Of a stretch of 12,410 nucleotides of DNA, positions 6,704 through 12,410 are shown in pieces. This DNA comes from Vulcanimicrobiota bacterium (GTDB lineage: Bacteria; Vulcanimicrobiota; Vulcanimicrobiia; Vulcanimicrobiales; Vulcanimicrobiaceae), in NCBI GenBank assembly GCA_003133025.1, contig PKZK01000092.1, forward strand, positions 1-12,410, written 5' to 3'. A program made the translations under genes and the position numbers. Every line of letters begins with the position of its first letter. Position 1 is the first letter of the stretch. The notes under the pieces are model-generated. The model did no database searches. It was given only the letters and a program-made list of their open reading frames with translations, and had not been told where the DNA came from.

Positions 6704-7909
6704 CTATCGGTTCGCCGGTGCCGGCGAGCTAGCCTCGACGGCTTCGCGGGCGAGGTCGCGCGCCCGGCGATCGGCGCTTCGTACCGTTTGGAGACTGAGC
6801 GGCTCGTCGGGAGTTCCCGCGAGGGCCCGGGAAACCACCGCAGCGATGTCGCCGAAGCGAATCTCTCCCCGTACGAACGCATCGACGGCGATTTCGTTTG
6901 CAGCCGAGAGGGCGGCGGGCACCGTGCCGCCGCGACGTAACGCCTCATAGGCGAGACCCAGGCACGGGAAGCGCTCGAAATCCGGCCGCAGAAAGTCGAG
7001 GCGGGCGCGCTCGGCGTCGACCGCGGCGCCGAGCGCCGTGAAGGCGTCCACGCTCTGGTGGTCGGGCAGGCGGTCGGGATAGGCCAGCGCGTAGCCGATG
7101 GGCAGGCGCATGTCCGGGTGCGCCAGTTGGCCCTTCACGTTGCCGTCGGTGAAGACGACGAAACCGTGAGCGACGGAGGTCCGGTGGACGAGCACCTGGA
7201 TCCGTTCGGCCGGTACTCCGAACAACCGGCTCGCCTCGATCACTTCTAAGCCCTTGTTCATCATCGAGGCGGAGTCGACCGTATTCTTCACGCCCATGTT
7301 CCACGTAGGGTGGTGCAGCGCGTCGGCCACCGAAGCGTCGCGCATCGCCGCCGCGGGCATCTCCCAAAACGGGCCGCCCGAGGCCGTGACGATCAGCGAG
7401 GCGATGCGCTCCGGCGGCTCGCCGACCAGACACTGGAAGAGCGCGCTGTGCTCCGAATCGACCGGCACGATTTCCGCGCCGCTCTTCTTTGCGGCGGCCA
7501 CGAATAGCTCGCCGGCGGCGACGATCAACTCCTTGTTGGCCACCGCGATGCGCCGCCCGCGTTCGACGGCGGCAAACACCGCGTCGAAGGCGACCGCACC
7601 GTCGGTCGCGGCGAGCAGCACGTCGGGTTCCGCAGCGACGGCGACGGCGTGTAAACCCTCGGCGCCCGAGAACACCCGCGTCGTTGCCGGCAAGACCTCG
7701 CGCAAGGCCGCGGCGTCAGCCGGATCGGCGCACGAGACCCACTCGGGACCGAAGCGCCGGACCTGTTCGAGCAACTCCGCCACGCGCCGGCCCGCCGCGA
7801 GGCCGACCACGCGAAATCGTTCGGGATGTCGCCCGATGACGTCGAGCGCCTGCGTCCCGATCGAACCGGTCGAGCCCAGGATCGCGATCTTCTTCTGCAT
7901 CTTCTCCAT
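6704..7909 (-). CDS. dxr: 1-deoxy-D-xylulose-5-phosphate reductoisomerase
   Basis: Motifs: ILGSTGSIGTQAL, ANKE, PVDSEHSALFQ, TASGGPF, HPTWNMG, DSASMMNKGLEVIEA, PDMRLPI, AANEIAV. Alternative ATG at 7900. Confidence 0.97.
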   Translation of the reverse strand: MEKMQKKIAILGSTGSIGTQALDVIGRHPERFRVVGLAAGRRVAELLEQVRRFGPEWVSCADPADAAALREVLPATTRVFSGAEGLHAVAVAAEPDVLLAATDGAVAFDAVFAAVERGRRIAVANKELIVAAGELFVAAAKKSGAEIVPVDSEHSALFQCLVGEPPERIASLIVTASGGPFWEMPAAAMRDASVADALHHPTWNMGVKNTVDSASMMNKGLEVIEASRLFGVPAERIQVLVHRTSVAHGFVVFTDGNVKGQLAHPDMRLPIGYALAYPDRLPDHQSVDAFTALGAAVDAERARLDFLRPDFERFPCLGLAYEALRRGGTVPAALSAANEIAVDAFVRGEIRFGDIAAVVSRALAGTPDEPLSLQTVRSADRRARDLAREAVEASSPAPANR

Positions 7910-7912
7910 AAT

Positions 7913-8755
7913 TTAGCGCACCGACGTGATGTGGCCCGTGACGAACATCGCGCCGTAGAACGCGATGCCGCCCAGAATGTACGAGTCGAAGCGATCGAAG
8001 ATGCCGCCGTGACCGCCGAGCAGCGTGCCGGCGTCCTTCACCTTCGCGTCGCGCTTCAGCGCCGATTCGATCAGGTCGCCGACCTGCGCCGCAACGCTCG
8101 TGACGCCGCCCACGAAGAGACCCTGCCACCAAGGAATGCCCAGCTGCGGCAAGAGCGCGAGCGACGCGCCCGCGGCGGCGCTCGCGACGAAGCCGCCGAT
8201 CGCGCCCTCCCACGTCTTGCGCGGCGAGATCGGGGAAAGCGGCGTGCGCCCGATCGCGACGCCGACGAGCATCGCGAAGATGTCGGTCAGCGCGATCAGC
8301 ACGATCGCCGCGATCGTGTACGCCGTACCGACTTGGGGCAGGTTGCGCAAGGCCAGAAAGTACGAGCTGAGCCAACCGATGTAGATGACGCCGAAGAGCG
8401 TGTAGGCGCTGCGCGCGAGAAAGCCTTGACGCGAACCCAGCAGCGACACCGCGACCGAGGCGAGCAGCGTGCCGGCCAAGAGCGCCTTCTCGTATTTGTG
8501 CTGGAGGTTGAGCGCGGCGAGCACGATGTAGCAGCCGACGGCGAGCGCCGCGACCGGAAAGATCAACGTCTGCCCGTTTCGCTCCGACATGCGCGCGAGT
8601 TCCCAGAGCGAACCCAGGGTGACGATCAAGACGACGACGGTAAACGTCGGCACGGTCGCAACCGAGGCGAACACGACCGCGGCCATCAACACGCCCGTGA
8701 CCGCGCGCCGGCTCAGATCGTGATTGCGCTGCTCGGCACCCGAAGCCGTGGTCAC
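7913..8755 (-). CDS. cdsA: Phosphatidate cytidylyltransferase
   Basis: Polytopic membrane protein with ISPRKTWEG, GDLIESALKR and KDAGTLLGGHGGIFDRFDS. The GTG start overlaps the uppS stop (GTGA). Confidence 0.96.
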   Translation of the reverse strand: MTTASGAEQRNHDLSRRAVTGVLMAAVVFASVATVPTFTVVVLIVTLGSLWELARMSERNGQTLIFPVAALAVGCYIVLAALNLQHKYEKALLAGTLLASVAVSLLGSRQGFLARSAYTLFGVIYIGWLSSYFLALRNLPQVGTAYTIAAIVLIALTDIFAMLVGVAIGRTPLSPISPRKTWEGAIGGFVASAAAGASLALLPQLGIPWWQGLFVGGVTSVAAQVGDLIESALKRDAKVKDAGTLLGGHGGIFDRFDSYILGGIAFYGAMFVTGHITSVR

Positions 8756-9459
8756 GCGCCGCTCGCGGCCGCGAGCTTGCGCTCGCGATAGGCGGCCAGC
8801 GCCTTGCCGAACTCGTCGCGGCCGAAGTCGGGCCAGTAGACGTCGCTCAAATAGAGTTCGGTCTCGGCGACTTGGAAGAGCAGGAAGTTCGAGAGCCGCG
8901 ATTCACCGCCGGGCCGGATCAGCAGTTCGGGATCGGGCCACTGCGCGGTGTAGAGTCGCGACTCGATGCAGCCTTCGTCGATCGCTTCGGGCGCGAGCCG
9001 CCCCGCGGCCACCTCGTTTGCGAGATCCGCGACCACGTCGCGCAATTCCGCGCGCGCGCTGTAGTTGACCGCGAGGTTGAGTTGCAAGCCACGATTTCCG
9101 GCCGTGCGCAAAACCAATCCATCGAGCGCTTCGCGCGAGGCGCGGGGCATGGCCTCGTAGTGTCCGATAATGCTGACGCGCACGTCGTTGCGGCACAGTT
9201 CGGCCAATTCGCTCTGCGCGAAATAGACGGCCAAGTCGAGGAGCAGCGAGATCTCGGTCTTGTCGCGCTTCCAGTTTTCGGTCGAGAACCCGTAGACGGT
9301 GAGAATCTCCACGCCCGCGTCGCGCGCGGCTCGCGTGATCTCACGCAAGGCCACGATGCCGCGCCGGTGGCCCTCGATGACCGGCAAGCGGCGGGCTTTG
9401 GCCCAGCGGCGGTTGCCGTCCATGATGATGGCCACGTGGCGCGGGACGGCAGCGCTCAA
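8752..9459 (-). CDS. uppS: Polyprenyl (undecaprenyl) diphosphate synthase, cis-prenyltransferase
   Basis: Likely start TTG 9459 (overlaps the upstream TGA; GGAG about 10 nt upstream). Motifs: PRHVAIIMDGNRRWA, GHRRG, TVYGFSTENWKR, LIRPGGESRLSNFLL, YWPDF. 235 aa. The C-terminal RRFG motif is absent (see findings). Confidence 0.93.
   Translation of the reverse strand: MSAAVPRHVAIIMDGNRRWAKARRLPVIEGHRRGIVALREITRAARDAGVEILTVYGFSTENWKRDKTEISLLLDLAVYFAQSELAELCRNDVRVSIIGHYEAMPRASREALDGLVLRTAGNRGLQLNLAVNYSARAELRDVVADLANEVAAGRLAPEAIDEGCIESRLYTAQWPDPELLIRPGGESRLSNFLLFQVAETELYLSDVYWPDFGRDEFGKALAAYRERKLAAASGA
8761..8787. repeat. Triple CGCGAGC element (direct-inverted-direct) forming two alternative hairpins; includes a perfect 16-bp palindrome
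   Basis: The minus strand reads CGCGAGC-GCAA-GCTCGCG-GC-CGCGAGC. 8761-8776 (GCTCGCGGCCGCGAGC) is its own reverse complement, and 8770-8787 is a 7-bp stem with a GCAA loop. Confidence 0.8.
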
Positions 9460-9716
9460 GCGAAGACCGCTCCGGCCGGCTCGGGCGGCAACTCCGGGCG
9501 CTCGTAGCGTTCGTAGCCGGCGATCACGTCGGCCGCGCCCTCGCGTTCGACGATGCGCAGGACGCGCAGCGCACCCACGCCGATCGCGGGGTACGGCGGC
9601 GCCAACAGCGTGAAGGTCAGGATCCGGCCCGCGAGCGCGCGCCTGACGTCGACCTCGGGCAAGAGGGTCAGGGAGTCGGGCTCGGCCGCTTCGCGAAGCG
9701 CGTCGTCCATTGCCAC
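9456..9716 (-). CDS. Small hypothetical protein between frr and uppS (possibly PASTA-like fold)
   Basis: 84-86 aa (GTG 9716 or ATG 9710), in operon orientation, with its stop overlapping the uppS TTG start (TTGA). The sequence LTLLPEVDVRRALAG..LTFTLLAPP...G.GALRVLR resembles, from memory, small genes seen at this position in Clostridia-like genomes. Confidence 0.75.
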   Translation of the reverse strand: MAMDDALREAAEPDSLTLLPEVDVRRALAGRILTFTLLAPPYPAIGVGALRVLRIVEREGAADVIAGYERYERPELPPEPAGAVFA

Positions 9717-9783
9717 CCCGTTCCCTGCGCGGCGCCCGAAACCCGGCCACCCGGCCGCAAACCGTTCGAGAGCCCGCGGCCGC

Positions 9784-10347
9784 CTAGACCTCCATGATCT
9801 CTTTTTCTTTGGCCGCGGTCAACGCGTCGATTTCCTTGATATACCGGTCGGTCAGTTTTTGCACGTGCTCGCCGGCGCGTTTGTTCTCGTCCTCGGTGAT
9901 CGCATGATCTTTGAGCAGCGTCTTGATTTCGTCGATGCCCTTGTGGCGCACGTTGCGAATGGCGATCTTGCCCTCTTCCGCTTTCTTGTGCACGATCTTG
10001 ACCAGGTCTTTGCGCCGCTCTTCGTTGAGCGGCGGGATCGAGAGCCGGATGTTGGAGCCGTCGATGTTGGGCGTCAGGCCGAGGTCGCTGGTCTCGATCG
10101 CCTTACGGATCGCGCCGACGGTCGAGCGATCGAACGCGGTGATCTGCAGGGTGCGGGCGTCCGGCGTGCTGACGGTCGCGACTTGCTTGAGCGGCGTGGG
10201 CGAGCCGTAGGCTTCGACCTGCAGGCGGTCGACCAGCGCCGTCGACGCGCGGCCCGTTCGCACGCCGGCGTAATCGTTACGCGTGACCTCGAGCGCCTTG
10301 CGCATACGTTCTTCGGTCTGTTTGAAAATCTCGTCGGGCGTACTCAT
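9784..10347 (-). CDS. frr: Ribosome recycling factor
   Basis: Start ATG 10347 (MSTPDEIF) overlaps the pyrH stop (ATGA), with SD GGAAAGGT. Motifs: [52 protein letters not shown]. 187 aa. Confidence 0.97.
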   Translation of the reverse strand: MSTPDEIFKQTEERMRKALEVTRNDYAGVRTGRASTALVDRLQVEAYGSPTPLKQVATVSTPDARTLQITAFDRSTVGAIRKAIETSDLGLTPNIDGSNIRLSIPPLNEERRKDLVKIVHKKAEEGKIAIRNVRHKGIDEIKTLLKDHAITEDENKRAGEHVQKLTDRYIKEIDALTAAKEKEIMEV

Positions 10348-11105
10348 GTGACCTTTCCTGCGAGACCGGCTTCGGGCCGGACCGGCGTCGAAACGGTCGT
10401 CCCGATCGGATCGCCGTGCACGACGCGCCGGATGTTGCCCGGAACGTTCATGTCGAAGACGATGATGGGCAGACCGTTGTCCATGCACAGCGTGAGCGCG
10501 GTGCTATCCATGACTTGCAGACCCCGCTGCAGCACTTCGAGATAGTCGAGCCGCTCGAAGCGCGTGGCGGTGGGGTCGAGTTTCGGATCGGCGGTATAGA
10601 TGCCGTCGACCTTGGTCGCCTTGAGGATCGCCTGCGCGCCGATTTCGACCGCGCGCAGCGCCGCGGTCGTGTCGGTGGTGAAATACGGGTTGCCGGTGCC
10701 CGCGCCGAAGATCACCACGCGGCCTTTTTCCAAGTGCCGGATGGCGCGCCGGCGGATGTAGGGTTCGGCGACCTGCTGCATCTGAATGGCGCTCTGCACG
10801 CGCGACGGGATGCCGATGCGCTCGAGCGCGTCCTGGAGTGCGAGCGCGTTGATGACGGTGGCCAGCATGCCCATGTAATCTGCCGTCGCCCGATCCATGC
10901 CGGCGGCCTCGTGCGCCTTGCCGCGCCAGATGTTCCCGCCGCCGACGACGACGGCCACCGACACGCCCTCGCGCGCCACTTGGGCGATTTCTTCGGCCAT
11001 CGCGGCGGTCGTCACCGCGTCGACCGAGCTATCGCGGCCGAGAAATGCCTCGCCCGAGAGCTTGAGCAGGATCCGCCGGTAGGCGGGCCTCCCGTTCGAC
11101 TCCAA
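10344..11105 (-). CDS. pyrH: UMP kinase
   Basis: Motifs: [70 protein letters not shown] start. Confidence 0.97.
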   Translation of the reverse strand: MESNGRPAYRRILLKLSGEAFLGRDSSVDAVTTAAMAEEIAQVAREGVSVAVVVGGGNIWRGKAHEAAGMDRATADYMGMLATVINALALQDALERIGIPSRVQSAIQMQQVAEPYIRRRAIRHLEKGRVVIFGAGTGNPYFTTDTTAALRAVEIGAQAILKATKVDGIYTADPKLDPTATRFERLDYLEVLQRGLQVMDSTALTLCMDNGLPIIVFDMNVPGNIRRVVHGDPIGTTVSTPVRPEAGLAGKVT

Positions 11106-11116
11106 CGGCGTCTCGA

Positions 11117-11728
11117 TCAGGCCTCGCCCAGTGCGAATTTGGCGAAGCGCCGGACCTGGATGTTTTCACCCAACACGCCGACCAGCGCCGCGACCAGTTC
11201 GCCGACGGTCTGCTCGTCGTTCTTGATGAACGGCATATCGAGCAGCACGTTTTCCTCATACCACTTGTTCAACTTGCCCTCGACGATGCGCTCGATCACG
11301 TTGGCCGGCTTGCCCTCGGGCACGTTGGCCGCGAGATCGGCCTTGACCGCGTCGATCTCCGCTTCGGGCACGGCGTCGCGGTTGACGTACCGCACCGGCA
11401 TCGCCGCGATGTGCATCGCAACGTCGCGGGCCAATTCCTTGAAGCGCTCGTTGCGCGCGACGAAGTCGGTCTCGCAGTTGATCTCGACCAGCACGCCGAT
11501 CTTGTTGCCGACGTGAATGTACGACTCGATCACGCCTTCCTTGACGGAGCGCTCGGCCTTCTTTTCGGCTTTGCTCACGCCCTGATCGGCGAGATTCTTC
11601 TTGGCCGCTTCGTAGTCGCCGCTCGCCGAGAGCAGCGCGGCGCGGCAATCCAGCATGCCGGCGCCCGTCTCGTCGCGCAGGCGCTTGATCTCGCCGGCGG
11701 AGGGCTTGTAGCTGGCGGTGGTGCTCAC
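11117..11728 (-). CDS. tsf: Translation elongation factor Ts (short form, 203 aa)
   Basis: Motifs: [56 protein letters not shown] start with AGAAAGG upstream. Confidence 0.97.
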   Translation of the reverse strand: MSTTASYKPSAGEIKRLRDETGAGMLDCRAALLSASGDYEAAKKNLADQGVSKAEKKAERSVKEGVIESYIHVGNKIGVLVEINCETDFVARNERFKELARDVAMHIAAMPVRYVNRDAVPEAEIDAVKADLAANVPEGKPANVIERIVEGKLNKWYEENVLLDMPFIKNDEQTVGELVAALVGVLGENIQVRRFAKFALGEA

Positions 11729-11745
11729 GGGGAATGGTGCCTTTC

Positions 11746-12410
11746 TTATGCGGGGACTTCGGCAAAGGCCGGCGCGTCGCCGGCTGAGGACTGCGCCTCG
11801 GCTTCGTAATCGTACTCGCCTTCGACGAAGGCACCGCTCTCGGCCTCGGTGCGGCCTTCGATGATCGCGTCGGCGATCTTGGAGACCATCAACTTGACGG
11901 CGCGGATCGCATCGTCGTTGCCCGGGATCGCGTAATCGATCTCGTCGGGATCGCAGTTGGTATCGATCACCGCGATGATCGGAATCTTGAGCTTGCGGGC
12001 TTCGAGCACCGCGATGCGCTCTTTCTTCGGGTCGACGATGAACACGGCGTCGGGCAGACGGTGCATGTCTTTGATGCCGCCGAGGAAACGCTCGAGCTTC
12101 TCGAGTTCGTCGGTCAGCCGGCCCACTTCGCGCTTGGGCAACATGTCGAAGGTGCCTTGCGCGCGCATGCCCTCGAGTTCGCGCAGACGCGCGATGCGCT
12201 TCTGGATCGTCGAGAAGTTGGTCAGCGTGCCGCCCAGCCAGCGCTCGTTGACGTAGTAGGTGCCGGCGCGTTCCGCCTCTTCCTTGACCACGTCTTGCGC
12301 CTGCTTCTTGGTGCCGACGAAGAGAATGACTTTGTTGTCGTGCGCCATCTGCTTGACGGCGGCGTAGACCTCGCGCAACATCAAGACCGTCTTCTGCAGG
12401 TCGATGATGT
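11746..12410 (-). CDS. rpsB: 30S ribosomal protein S2, 5' end beyond the right edge
   Basis: The frame is open to the window edge: IIDLQKT...[49 protein letters not shown]. It ends in an acidic C-terminal tail. Confidence 0.97.
   Translation of the reverse strand, partial: IIDLQKTVLMLREVYAAVKQMAHDNKVILFVGTKKQAQDVVKEEAERAGTYYVNERWLGGTLTNFSTIQKRIARLRELEGMRAQGTFDMLPKREVGRLTDELEKLERFLGGIKDMHRLPDAVFIVDPKKERIAVLEARKLKIPIIAVIDTNCDPDEIDYAIPGNDDAIRAVKLMVSKIADAIIEGRTEAESGAFVEGEYDYEAEAQSSAGDAPAFAEVPA

Noticed and set aside
8735..8790. Frameshift restoring the UppS RXG tail
   Set aside because: The alternative frames read ...GRERRVTTASG (cdsA frame) and ...AARDHGFG. Neither gives RRFG, and the existing stop forms a clean GTGA overlap with cdsA.
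9717..9783. Possible terminator between frr and the small hypothetical gene
   Set aside because: GC-rich spacer with no clean stem-loop followed by a U-tract on the minus strand.
1..12410. Mobile elements, CRISPR arrays, tRNA/rRNA, defence systems
   Set aside because: No transposase or integrase ORFs, spaced repeats, tRNA cloverleaf or compositional island were seen. Nearly all sequence is accounted for by CDSs.

Overview
High-GC bacterial chromosomal window that is mostly housekeeping. The right two-thirds is a long, tightly packed minus-strand operon: rpsB (5'-truncated)-tsf-pyrH-frr-small hypothetical-uppS-cdsA-dxr-rseP-47 aa small membrane ORF-ispG-secreted copper-amine-oxidase-N-terminal ('stalk') domain protein. 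It converges on a plus-strand operon: PduO-type cobalamin adenosyltransferase, APC-family amino acid permease and DUF962/Mpo1-like protein. That operon is divergent from a tauE/safE-chrA (3'-truncated) oxyanion transporter pair. The gene order (rseP-ispG, no bamA/lpx) and short EF-Ts are Terrabacteria-like; assignment to e.g. Vulcanimicrobiota/Eremiobacterota is only a guess. I see no mobile elements, CRISPR arrays or RNA genes, and no clearly new multi-gene system. Points most worth follow-up: (1) UppS lacks its C-terminal RXG motif exactly where a triple CGCGAGC repeat/alternative hairpin lies; (2) an unlisted 47-aa single-TM ORF coupled between rseP and ispG; (3) a structured intergenic region before tauE with a perfect SD, an AUC-started uORF and overlapping divergent -10 boxes.
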